Assembly (NCBI GenBank): GCA_041497455.1
Contig: JBGQGO010000003.1
Location: 1 to 35,819, forward strand
Source of the DNA: Blastocatellia bacterium
GTDB taxonomy: Bacteria > Acidobacteriota > Blastocatellia > UBA7656
DNA: 35,819 nucleotides
Reading direction: 5' to 3'
Shown: one piece after another, positions 1-8,735 of the stretch
How the letters are laid out: each line of letters begins with the position of its first letter
Position numbering within the stretch: the stretch's first letter is position 1
Program-made: the position numbers and the translations under genes
The notes under the pieces: generated by a model
Database searches by the model: none
What the model was told of the DNA's origin: nothing
Seen by the model: only the letters and a program-made list of their open reading frames with translations

Positions 1-2
1 CG

Positions 3-123
3 ATGCTCCTTCAATTTGGACTGCGACGGCAAGGTACTCCGCGACGCCGCTTTTTCTCTGCGAATCGGAAACAAAAGCGGCGTCGCGGAGTACCTTGCCG
101 CCGCAGTCCAAATGAAGGAGCAT
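3..123. repeat. Long near-perfect inverted repeat (REP/REPIN-like hairpin)
   Basis: Arm 3-54 (atgctccttcaatttggactgcgacggcaaggtactccgcgacgccgctttt) is the reverse complement of 73-123 with one mismatch and one 1-nt indel; 18-nt loop. Confidence 0.85.
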
Positions 124-125
124 TG

Positions 126-734
126 ATGGTCGGAAGTGGACAAAAACAGGCGACGGCAAAAACGGGCGCGAAAGCGGCGACGCTACATTCGATCGCGGCG
201 ATAATGCGCGAGCGGAGTTTTGCCGGCCGCTTCGATGTAGCCGGCGTCAGCTACAGATTCACCTACTCTCCGGCGAAGGCCGCAGTGGCCGACGGCAAGC
301 TTCAGCTCACCGGAGGCTTGAGCGTGGTTGGCGAACGCCCCAATGTCCGCGTTTCCCCGCGCGAGCTTCGCGACGTTCGAGCCACGCTGGTGGCAGCACA
401 GGGCGGAATCGGAACTGCGCCACCGCGCAAGAGGCTGCCGGCGGACATTTCGCCTGCACGCCCAGATTTACCGGTTGTCGAGAGCACCGGCTCGCTTTCG
501 TTTTGCGGCGTGCTCTACTTCAAGCTGATGCCGTTGGATGGCCGAGATCTTGGAGTGCCCGCGGACATGAGGCAGCTACAGTTGAACGTAAGGCTAGCGC
601 CGGTCAACGATGCTGAGCGCGGGCTGCAGGGGGCGCTCAGTTCAATAGTCGATGCTCTTTATGGGAAACAGGTTAATGGCGATGCGGCTGAGGGGGCGGT
701 CAGCGAGCTTAACAAGCTACTCGCCGGTAGTTGA
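126..734 (+). CDS. Hypothetical protein (~202 aa)
   Basis: The ORF track gives 3..734, but its first ~40 codons run through the inverted repeat. ATG at 126 follows a GAAGGAG Shine-Dalgarno at 114-120. No family recognised. Confidence 0.7.
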   Translation: MVGSGQKQATAKTGAKAATLHSIAAIMRERSFAGRFDVAGVSYRFTYSPAKAAVADGKLQLTGGLSVVGERPNVRVSPRELRDVRATLVAAQGGIGTAPPRKRLPADISPARPDLPVVESTGSLSFCGVLYFKLMPLDGRDLGVPADMRQLQLNVRLAPVNDAERGLQGALSSIVDALYGKQVNGDAAEGAVSELNKLLAGS

Positions 735-786
735 TCCGCGCGCTTGAATCCTGGGTCCTTTTGAAATCCTTCGAGAGAAGCGTCTC

Positions 787-816
787 TTGCGACCTCAAAA
801 AACCGGATGCTAGAAT
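787..816 (+). promoter_or_regulatory. Putative sigma70 promoter (likely the native tRNA-Met promoter)
   Basis: TTGCGA (787-792), 18-nt spacer, TAGAAT (811-816) with an extended -10 TG; ~55 bp upstream of the tRNA 5' fragment. Confidence 0.65.
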
Positions 817-869
817 GCTCGCAGTCCGAAAGTGATTTCAGGACTGAGGCAAGCGCGTTTGAGTCAGAT

Positions 870-913
870 ATGGCGGCGTAGCTCAGGTGGTTAGAGCGTG
901 GGATTCATAACCC
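870..913 (+). repeat. attL: 44-bp direct repeat containing a truncated 5' half of tRNA-Met (872-913)
   Basis: atggcggcgtagctcaggtggttagagcgtgggattcataaccc is identical to 34802-34845. Identity ends 3 nt after the anticodon loop; no T-arm or acceptor 3' strand follows. Confidence 0.93.
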
Positions 914-1029
914 TAGAGAATGCTCGTCCTTCCTTTTCTATCTAAACCCAAAACGCTCTATCGACTGCGATTTTGTGGCCAGCCGGATTGCAGTCAATCT
1001 CGATGAATTACCACCCTTTTCTACGAAGT

Positions 1030-1049
1030 CCTGCCACAAATATGCCACA
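1030..1049 (+). repeat. Putative integrase arm-type sites, left inner end
   Basis: cctgccacaaatatgccaca matches 34718-34737 at 19/20 positions; TGCCACA repeated at an 11-bp period; inverted GCCACAAA at 972-979. Confidence 0.7.
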
Positions 1050-1227
1050 CTACTTTGGAAGTTAAGATGAGCCCAACCCGGTGCTCCTATCTCTACCGTT
1101 GCACTACGTTTCTTCTCACTCTGACTCTGACTCTCTTGAGTCGCGACCTTTGCTGCGCGGCCGACAATGAGCCAGGACTCCAGAAAGAGCGGCTAATCAA
1201 GCCCGCCGGAACAGTCGCCAGGGCAGT

Positions 1228-2805
1228 TCACCTCGGTGCATCTGCACTGCAAGCTCCCACCGCGGGGAACTTGTGGCGCAGATCGATTACACCAGTGATA
1301 GACCCGTTGTCCAGCGTCACGGCCGCCAGTGGCGCGTAATGATGCTCGATCCCGTGTGGAGGTAATGCTTGTAGCTGTTCGATAGATTTACCAGAATCAC
1401 TCGGGTCATCAACGAACTCAGAAGGCCACTCGACGTCACCGGTGGACACCCGCGCCGGAATCAACCAGTAATCGCCGCTACGATATTGCGTCGCGTCCGC
1501 GCCCGCGGCCAGCTCAAACTGAATCATGACTCCGTCTTCCAAGTCGATCCAGACGTTCTCTTCGATTGTTATGGCCCCTTCTCGGAGTAACGTGTCTTCT
1601 GGTTGCTTATGGTCCCAGCGGCGCACTTTCAGATTTCTAACAGGCAGATCGTTGAATTTGGACCGCGGTTCATACACCGTCCCCGATGCGGTGCTGGGAT
1701 CAATCGTCAGAGTTTCGCCTTCGACCCTGGCGAGTCTGACCAAGGTTCCCGGCAAGCCGTTCAATTCAAGCGCGTCGTGGGTGATTTCAACCCAGTTGCC
1801 GGCCGCAAACCACCGTGAGAAGTCGCGCAAACCGCTGACGATCAAATGGTCTCCGTCTTTCCTCTTGAGTGCGGCGATGATCGTTCCGTTGTCGCGCGAC
1901 CATTTGAACGTCGCTGGGTGTTCTCGATTGGATCCCTTGGCATCCAGTGCCGGTCCGGACTGATGAATTTCTACTCTGTAAAGCTGATTCTCCATCCCGC
2001 GATAGCTGGCATCGGGCGAAGTGGTGCAAGCATCAGCTGCATCGGTCGTGGAATCCTCCTTTGCTTTAGCCCGAAGCTTGCCGCGATTCGCAGGTTGAAG
2101 GGCAGCTATCAAATCGGGCCAGGCGCCATCGAACGTCTTGCAGTCGGGAGCTGCCAGACGCACGTTGATGCCTCCCTGGGCTGCCGGAGGAGGAAACCCG
2201 ACTCTGACCTGCCATATCAGCTTCGTACGAGCTGCTGTATCCGCTCCACCCAGCGCCACTTCGCGGATTGACGAATCCTCCAGCGCGGTGATGTGGCGTT
2301 CCCAAACATCCAGGTAAAGAAGGTGGGTGCCATTCGCAAGGTTGCGTATCTGGTCTTCATCCGCACGCCGCAGGTCCGGCTGCTGCGAGTAGCGCCGATA
2401 AGCCTCGTTTTCGCAAAGCAAGCCATCAACGTAGTAATGACCACTGGCGATTCGCAGCGGGATCTGGCTGTTCTTTATCATATCCTCAAGCGTTTTCTTC
2501 TCGCAATCGAGCAGTTCATTTGGAGGGAAAAAGTTAATAGCACCGGACGTCGGCTTATTCGCCGCGATGATCGCAAAGCCGCAGTTTCTCTTAAGCAGTT
2601 CCGTTCTGTTGGCCTGGTCCCTGAATAAGTCATCCGGCCCGCCGTGCTGCCCTATGAGGTCGGCGGCCAGAGCTCGCAGATAATGCAGCAGGATCGCCGT
2701 CTGTTCATTTCCGTCGGCATCCACCTGTACCCGGCCTTGCTGCCAAACGACGCGGGTGAAATGTTTCAAAGGATCAAAAGTGACACGTGAAAGATCGCCG
2801 TTCAT
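1228..2805 (-). CDS. DUF6519-family eCIS protein (fibre-associated), 525 aa, no obvious C-terminal fibre region
   Basis: N-terminus MNGDLSRVTFDP..HF..V..QQGRVQVDADGNEQ; GHYYVDGLLCEN, YLDVWER, ENQLYRVEIH, FKWSRDNG, GDYWLIPAR and HHYAPLA motifs; position after the baseplate genes. Confidence 0.85.
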   Translation of the reverse strand: MNGDLSRVTFDPLKHFTRVVWQQGRVQVDADGNEQTAILLHYLRALAADLIGQHGGPDDLFRDQANRTELLKRNCGFAIIAANKPTSGAINFFPPNELLDCEKKTLEDMIKNSQIPLRIASGHYYVDGLLCENEAYRRYSQQPDLRRADEDQIRNLANGTHLLYLDVWERHITALEDSSIREVALGGADTAARTKLIWQVRVGFPPPAAQGGINVRLAAPDCKTFDGAWPDLIAALQPANRGKLRAKAKEDSTTDAADACTTSPDASYRGMENQLYRVEIHQSGPALDAKGSNREHPATFKWSRDNGTIIAALKRKDGDHLIVSGLRDFSRWFAAGNWVEITHDALELNGLPGTLVRLARVEGETLTIDPSTASGTVYEPRSKFNDLPVRNLKVRRWDHKQPEDTLLREGAITIEENVWIDLEDGVMIQFELAAGADATQYRSGDYWLIPARVSTGDVEWPSEFVDDPSDSGKSIEQLQALPPHGIEHHYAPLAAVTLDNGSITGVIDLRHKFPAVGACSADAPR

Positions 2806-2817
2806 TGTGCATTCCTC

Positions 2818-5424
2818 CTAGCTGCCGAAGATAATTCCCGCCTCTGATCCCGCGGGCATGAATTCGTCCAGCCGGGTGCGCAGATTGGCCGCCCGCTGGG
2901 GTTGAAACAGATCGTGAAAAACGCCCATCTCTGATTCATCACTGGCGCCGCTCGTAGTTTCAGGGGCGCAGGTTGCCGCCAGTTGACAGTAGTCGGGGCG
3001 TCCGTACCGTACGCTGTTGAATTGCGGCCGCACGCGCTGGCGTTCAACGTGCAGGGCCTGGTCTCGCTGATCAGCTTGTTCGGGTTTGTCGAAGGCCAGC
3101 TTGACTGCCGCTTCAACCAGATCGGGCTGGCAGTTGTAGCGGCGAGGCGTGCGCGAGTGGGCCGGCAAGTAACAAAACCGCACACAGCCTATTTGCCGGC
3201 GCGTTACAGTGACCGTCCCCGTGAAGATGCAATCCTCAGCCAGAGCCATGGCATTGGTCTCCACCTGCCCAATAACGGTGCTGCGGACTATGCGCAGCAC
3301 GGCATGAGCGCGCGGCCAATTTGGCGCGCCAAGCGCCTCGCGATCATCATTGGTGGCATCAATCACGCTGTCGCTGACGCTGATCTCGAGCGGTTCGCTG
3401 CGAACCTCGTCCTTGAAGACCTGAATGGAGCCAACAATACTGTGTTCGATGATCACCCGGCAGTCGGTCTTGTATAGCTCCAGACTTGGTTTGGCCGGGC
3501 GCTTGGGGTCGCAAGCGGGACCGATTCCCCACCCGGGCACTAGAGTGCAATGTCGAATTCGCACTTCCTCCACCGCGCCCTCGACCCGCATGCTTCGCCC
3601 GGTTACAAGAATCCCATCGAGAATGAAACAGCCACCGGACTTGCTCTTGACCGAAAGCCATTCTGGACGGTTCTTGTACTGCTCGTGCAGATAGATGATC
3701 GGACGTTTGCGGTCAGCCGCGCGGATTTGAAGGCTTTGACCTCGCTTAAGCTTGATGTCCAGCGGCTCAGAGTAAACACCGTTGTCGGTGATCTCGATTA
3801 TGGCGCTCCGCGGATTGTCCTTGCCCCACCGCTCGATCGCTTTTTCGATGCCCGAGAAAGCAGCGCCTTCGCCTACGCGGTAGAGGCGAATGAATTCGGC
3901 GAGCTCGTTTTTGTACGCCTGCTCGAGCAACAGCCGATTGAGACGGCCCAGTTCTTCGCGCCGTAGTCTTCCTTCAAGCAACCGGGCGACTAGTTGGGTA
4001 ACCTCATGGACGATCTCCGGGTCCAGAGTGATACCGGCAAAGCGTTTTTCATCGTAGAGCTTCTCGTCAAAAAGTTCCCGATTCAGATCTTCAATCAAAG
4101 CCGCAACCAGGGGCTTCCGCAAACTATCCGGCATTGAATCCGAGCCGTCGTAGTCTTTCAACAGTTGCTTCGTCTCGGGAGAGAGCCGTTCGCTAAGATA
4201 GCGATTCAGCGGGCCGACCGCGGCTTTCAACTGCTTTGCCAGGCCGGCTAGGTTCTTGAAATCCAGCTCGGTGAACAGGCCGGTCTGGCCAGGCTGCCGG
4301 AGCTGGCGATGGTATTCGCCGCCGCCAATATCCGCGCTGAAACCGTAGTAGTACGAAGCCCACACTCCGGCAGGCGATTCTTCAGGGTGAAACGCGATGC
4401 GGCCGAGAACCGGATCGACGGCGACGGAGCCTTGCGGCGTTCGGTAACGATTCCAATCGCTCAGGTCGGCTGGGACGATACGATCCAAAGAGATCGGCAT
4501 CGGCGTCTTGCCGCCGTTTTGACTGCCGATCAAGATTTGCATGCTCTTGCCTTCGCCGTAGTAACGACTCGCTTTTTGCTTACGCTCTTGTGCGGACTTG
4601 ATGTCTCGCTCGAAGGCCAGCCGCCGGATCGGCACCGGCAGGTTTGTCTCATCAGCAATGTGCGTCGGATCGGTTTCCGGCTGTGTGCGCGCGAAAAGCG
4701 GAGCGTCATTGCCCAGAAAACTGAAGGTGTAGGCGTGAGGCATCCCGTCTTCTTCAAGGCAAGCGGATTGGCCCACGGTAACCGGATACTCCTTCAGTCT
4801 CCAGACAAACAATCCGACATTTGGCAGATTGTACCGCCCCGTTCTGAAACGCGAGATTACACGACGTACTTCCACGGTGTGCGCCAGCTTGTCGAAGGGG
4901 CCGTCGAGCAAATCGAACGCATTCATTTTCCGCAGATCAACGATCCGGCCGCGCTCGAGGTGCGGGGAGTTGATGGCTTGAGTAAAGCTCAGTAGCCGGA
5001 AAAACTCGACCGCGCGCGACGGCCATGCGGCGGCGTCCAGCGCCACCTCTTCAAGCAGAGCAAGCGTTCCTCTGCGCCGGCGCGATTGAATCGTTCTGGC
5101 GACTTCGCGGCGCGGGATCAGGATTCGGTTGCGCAACAGTCCTTGGGCGCTAGCCGCCTCGCCCGGCTCGCCCGCTTCGTGAACCGGCTGGTAGCCGATA
5201 AGCTCGCTGATGTAGGGAACCACCCAATCCTGACAGGTTTCGATAAACCAGTTTTCATAAAGCTGCCGTATGTCGTCTTCGACCACGTTGACCTGCTCGG
5301 CGATCACGCGTAACAGGTCACGCAGCGGTCCTCCGAGCTCTTCGTCGCGCTGCCGATAAACAACCGGTAGCAACTGATAGAGCCGGTCGAGCGACTGAGG
5401 AGTTTCTTCACCGGTACCGTTCAT
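2818..5424 (-). CDS. eCIS baseplate wedge protein (Afp12/tail protein I-like)
   Basis: LYQLLPVVYRQRD, LYENWFIETCQDWVVPYI, RRRGTL and a C-terminal SEMGVFHDLFQPQR..NL..RLDEF.P.G motif; overlaps the upstream stop. Confidence 0.85.
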   Translation of the reverse strand: MNGTGEETPQSLDRLYQLLPVVYRQRDEELGGPLRDLLRVIAEQVNVVEDDIRQLYENWFIETCQDWVVPYISELIGYQPVHEAGEPGEAASAQGLLRNRILIPRREVARTIQSRRRRGTLALLEEVALDAAAWPSRAVEFFRLLSFTQAINSPHLERGRIVDLRKMNAFDLLDGPFDKLAHTVEVRRVISRFRTGRYNLPNVGLFVWRLKEYPVTVGQSACLEEDGMPHAYTFSFLGNDAPLFARTQPETDPTHIADETNLPVPIRRLAFERDIKSAQERKQKASRYYGEGKSMQILIGSQNGGKTPMPISLDRIVPADLSDWNRYRTPQGSVAVDPVLGRIAFHPEESPAGVWASYYYGFSADIGGGEYHRQLRQPGQTGLFTELDFKNLAGLAKQLKAAVGPLNRYLSERLSPETKQLLKDYDGSDSMPDSLRKPLVAALIEDLNRELFDEKLYDEKRFAGITLDPEIVHEVTQLVARLLEGRLRREELGRLNRLLLEQAYKNELAEFIRLYRVGEGAAFSGIEKAIERWGKDNPRSAIIEITDNGVYSEPLDIKLKRGQSLQIRAADRKRPIIYLHEQYKNRPEWLSVKSKSGGCFILDGILVTGRSMRVEGAVEEVRIRHCTLVPGWGIGPACDPKRPAKPSLELYKTDCRVIIEHSIVGSIQVFKDEVRSEPLEISVSDSVIDATNDDREALGAPNWPRAHAVLRIVRSTVIGQVETNAMALAEDCIFTGTVTVTRRQIGCVRFCYLPAHSRTPRRYNCQPDLVEAAVKLAFDKPEQADQRDQALHVERQRVRPQFNSVRYGRPDYCQLAATCAPETTSGASDESEMGVFHDLFQPQRAANLRTRLDEFMPAGSEAGIIFGS

Positions 5425-8400
5425 GCGACCTCCCCGAGAATCAAGGTGTCGGCTACTGCTGGACTGAGGAAGACCAGTCGAGCAGGCAAAATGTCGTCCT
5501 TCTTGTCGTTCATCCTCGCCAGATCGGCGTTGACTCGCGACTTCAATGTGAGGTTCGCTCCGAAGTTGGGATCTTCGAGCTTCGCTTCGTTCACTGAATC
5601 GAGCAAGTCGAGATCGACGTAATCCACGCCAGGCACTGACTGAATCACGCTCAGCACTTCGCTCTGGGTCACATCCTGACCGAGATCGCGGCTTTCAAAA
5701 CCGAACTTATCAAACAGCACGGCGCGAATCTTGGCATTGACGCTTTCCCACAGGTAATCGGGAAGCAATTTGACCTGGGCGCTGACGACCAGAAGCACCC
5801 GCTCGGACGTCTCTACTTGCAGCGGCTGAAGCGGGTCGCCGAAACGTTTCAGGGCGTCAATCAGGTTGAGATAGAGATCAGAAGTCACATCGATTGGAAT
5901 GTCTCCCACCCCAGAGATCGTTAGATGCACCACTTCACGAGCGCCATCCGAAAGGCGCCGGGCGCTGGCTTTGGCTATGCCGGCGAAGGTCCGCGCAAAG
6001 CAGGCGTAGTCCTGCACCGACACCAACCGATCAAGCGCGAGCACGCCGATTGGCGCATTGCGGCGAGCCTGATCGCGCGTCTCTTTGTCCGCCCCTCCGC
6101 TGGCAGGGAGCGGATTGATGACTCCTTTGACGCCGAGCGGTTTGGTCATCGGCAGCTTGATCTGTTCGGCTTTGACGTTGCCCGCTCTGCCTATGCCTGA
6201 ACGGTAGACCGCTTTGACGTTTTCGACCCCGGTCGGGAGACGGGCTCCCTGTTCGCCGTCGCCGAAGATCACCGTCGTCTTGCCTTCGTCGTCGGTCTTG
6301 GTGATGTACTTGCGATCGAGCCGATCCAGCACGAAGAGATTGTCGGCTTCGCGCCATCGCACGTCGTTGACGCGGACTTCGAGCGTCGTCTCGGCGCCCG
6401 ACGGAGTCGGCGCGGCAAGATATGTAAGCGGCGGCTGGCGCAGCGGGAATGGTTGCAGCGTCTTGCTGCCATCGCCGCTGCCGAGAACTTCGTTGCGCGT
6501 TTCGCCGTGCGTGGCGCGAACCACGTTACCGTAGATCTTCACGGTGCTGCGTCTGTATCGGTAGGCGGGAGGCTGCGCCGGATGGATGAACGTATGCAGC
6601 TTCTCGCCCTTCACCTCTACCGCCTCCTTGTCCACAAGGGTCTTCGCTTCGTGCGCGACCGCGGCCACCATGAAAAGCTCGCTGGCCTGGACACCGGTGT
6701 TGATCGCCTTTTGGGTCCGCGCGTCGAGAACGACGCGCTCACCTGAAATGATGGCCCAGCGGCCGGGTTCGAGGCTTGAATAAAACGCGTCGAGCTCAAT
6801 TACGGGATCGGGATCGTCCTGAGCGAAGCTTATGTCATCGGTGATGTCTGTCTCCGCGAGGGTGAGTTCCTCGCTTTGGGCAAAAACCAGCGTGTTAGTA
6901 ATGAGCGAGTTGGTTTTCAGCGACTGCTCGACCTCGGCTTTGCTCAGCCATTCACTATCCAGAGTCAGTACCGTCGCGACCGACGAGACGCCAAAGAAAC
7001 TAAGAGATGCGTTTCGAATCCCGTTGACCTTGTGAATGGTTCTCGTGAAATCGCCCTGACTGCCTGCAACCGAACCTACAACCGGACGCTCAATAGCAAT
7101 CGTGCCGCCCGCCTTGATTTGATCGTACTGGGCATCGAGCGCGACAAACACCAGCGCTTGCGAAGCAGTTGCCGGAAAGTGGGCATCTGCAAGAGCGGTC
7201 ACGTAGTCCGCGAGGGTCGGCGGTGACATTCTCGTCGAAATTATCGGGCCATCGGGATCGGGTGTTTCTCTAATGATTGTCGGGAGGTTGCGCCCGGCCA
7301 GGCCAGCCTTGATACGCAACGCCTGAAACTTGCTCAAGCCAGCGACCGCAGCGGTCTTCGGCGAGGTCGGCACAACCTGAATCGGGCTTGCGTTGGCCAG
7401 CACCGAATTTACAAACGGCGCCGCCTTTGGTTGAAGCGCGGCGTATGCCTGCGCGACGAACTCGGAGCGCGCCGAATGAATCTGGCCGACTCTACGATCA
7501 AGGTGCGCCTCGTTGCGCGGTTGTTTCGATTGCGGCTCCTTAAACGACTGGAACAGTTGAACGAAGGAGGGCGGTGCCGTATTCGCCGGCGGCGCAGGAA
7601 CGGTCTCGGTGGTCGGCACCGAGTTTATTAATGACTGCGTCTCTTCCAGCTCGTGCTTCATCCCGGACAGCCACGGAGAAATCTTCACGTAGCCGCGAGC
7701 GGAAGCGAAGGCATATTCCCCGGTCAAGTCCGGGATTAGCTCACTCAACTGCGCTGCAAGAGCCTGTCTCTTGCGATCCTCATCTTCGGTAAGCCCGGAC
7801 ACGTCGTTTTTCAGCTTCTCCAGCCGCGTAGTGACTCGCTGGACTATGACAGACTTGTCGGACAGGCCGAACGAGTCGAGTTCCAGATACTTGTTCGCAA
7901 TAGCGGTCAGGGCTTCGACAGCCTGAGCCGACACGGGCTTGACCGCCCCCAACCCGCCGAGGGACGGCGCCTGCCCCTGGAGACTCACTATTACCGTCGT
8001 CCGGTCGAGTTGTGGATCCGCCCTGACTTCCTCCGCGCGATACACGGCAGTCACAGCTTGAACTGTGTTTACCATCTCGAAGTCCAACAGCAGAACGTCA
8101 TTTGCCCGCAGGTTAGTCGCAACCCCCTTCAGAGCCACGGTCGGATTGGTGAGTTGCTCGGCAGTGTGGAAAACCTGCGAATGCGTCAGTCGCGGCTTCA
8201 TCAAATTCAACCCGGAATGGGCGATCAGCCTCTCCGCCGTCTCGAAGACCTGCGGCGTTTCATTGGGGCCGGGCAGGCTCTGCGCTTTGTTGCCGGCTTC
8301 GATAATCGTTGTCTCCTGAGTCGGCTCCAGCGTATAGGCCAGATAGACGCTGGCCGCAAGGCCGGGGCGCAGGCGATACCCCACCAGCCGCGCGAGATCG

Positions 8401-8735
8401 AGAATAGACCGGCGTTCGGTTGCTGTGCGCAGGTAACCTTCGGTGGCTATGCGTTCCTGATAAAACGTCAACACGTCAGCCACAGTCGCCCACGCATCGA
8501 GCAGGGCGATCGATGCGTCGCTGCTCTCACGCGAGGTCAATCCCGCGAGCGTCGGAAATTCGCTGCTCGACAGCCGGGCTTTCATCGTTTCCAGAAAACT
8601 GCCGTGCGTGCCGGCGCGATACGAAATGGCATTCAGCCCCGGGCGATTGAAGATCGCGACCGGAGTCAGAACTTCCACGCCCTTGCAGCAGTCACAGGTT
8701 TCTGGAGTTTGCGCCTTCTGTTTCATTTCTTTCAT
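5421..8735 (-). CDS. eCIS baseplate J-like protein (Afp11/gp6-like), 1104 aa
   Basis: NRPGL.AI.YR.GT, DVLTFYQERIA.EGYLRTATERRS, FGDGEQGARLPTG.ENV.A.YR.G.G and RLVSVQDY motifs. Confidence 0.9.
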   Translation of the reverse strand: MKEMKQKAQTPETCDCCKGVEVLTPVAIFNRPGLNAISYRAGTHGSFLETMKARLSSSEFPTLAGLTSRESSDASIALLDAWATVADVLTFYQERIATEGYLRTATERRSILDLARLVGYRLRPGLAASVYLAYTLEPTQETTIIEAGNKAQSLPGPNETPQVFETAERLIAHSGLNLMKPRLTHSQVFHTAEQLTNPTVALKGVATNLRANDVLLLDFEMVNTVQAVTAVYRAEEVRADPQLDRTTVIVSLQGQAPSLGGLGAVKPVSAQAVEALTAIANKYLELDSFGLSDKSVIVQRVTTRLEKLKNDVSGLTEDEDRKRQALAAQLSELIPDLTGEYAFASARGYVKISPWLSGMKHELEETQSLINSVPTTETVPAPPANTAPPSFVQLFQSFKEPQSKQPRNEAHLDRRVGQIHSARSEFVAQAYAALQPKAAPFVNSVLANASPIQVVPTSPKTAAVAGLSKFQALRIKAGLAGRNLPTIIRETPDPDGPIISTRMSPPTLADYVTALADAHFPATASQALVFVALDAQYDQIKAGGTIAIERPVVGSVAGSQGDFTRTIHKVNGIRNASLSFFGVSSVATVLTLDSEWLSKAEVEQSLKTNSLITNTLVFAQSEELTLAETDITDDISFAQDDPDPVIELDAFYSSLEPGRWAIISGERVVLDARTQKAINTGVQASELFMVAAVAHEAKTLVDKEAVEVKGEKLHTFIHPAQPPAYRYRRSTVKIYGNVVRATHGETRNEVLGSGDGSKTLQPFPLRQPPLTYLAAPTPSGAETTLEVRVNDVRWREADNLFVLDRLDRKYITKTDDEGKTTVIFGDGEQGARLPTGVENVKAVYRSGIGRAGNVKAEQIKLPMTKPLGVKGVINPLPASGGADKETRDQARRNAPIGVLALDRLVSVQDYACFARTFAGIAKASARRLSDGAREVVHLTISGVGDIPIDVTSDLYLNLIDALKRFGDPLQPLQVETSERVLLVVSAQVKLLPDYLWESVNAKIRAVLFDKFGFESRDLGQDVTQSEVLSVIQSVPGVDYVDLDLLDSVNEAKLEDPNFGANLTLKSRVNADLARMNDKKDDILPARLVFLSPAVADTLILGEVA

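Noticed and set aside
872-913. Second functional tRNA-Met gene
   Set aside because: Lacks the variable loop, T-arm and 3' acceptor strand; better explained as attL.
812-926. 10-bp repeat AGAATGCTCG at 812-821 and 917-926 flanking the half-tRNA
   Set aside because: Short, with no counterpart at the right end; cannot be distinguished from chance.
1055-1339. 94-aa plus-strand ORF with a signal-peptide-like LTLTLTLL stretch
   Set aside because: The hydrophobic run comes from a short ACTCTG repeat and the 3' end overlaps the DUF6519 gene antisense. Could be a remnant but is unsupported.
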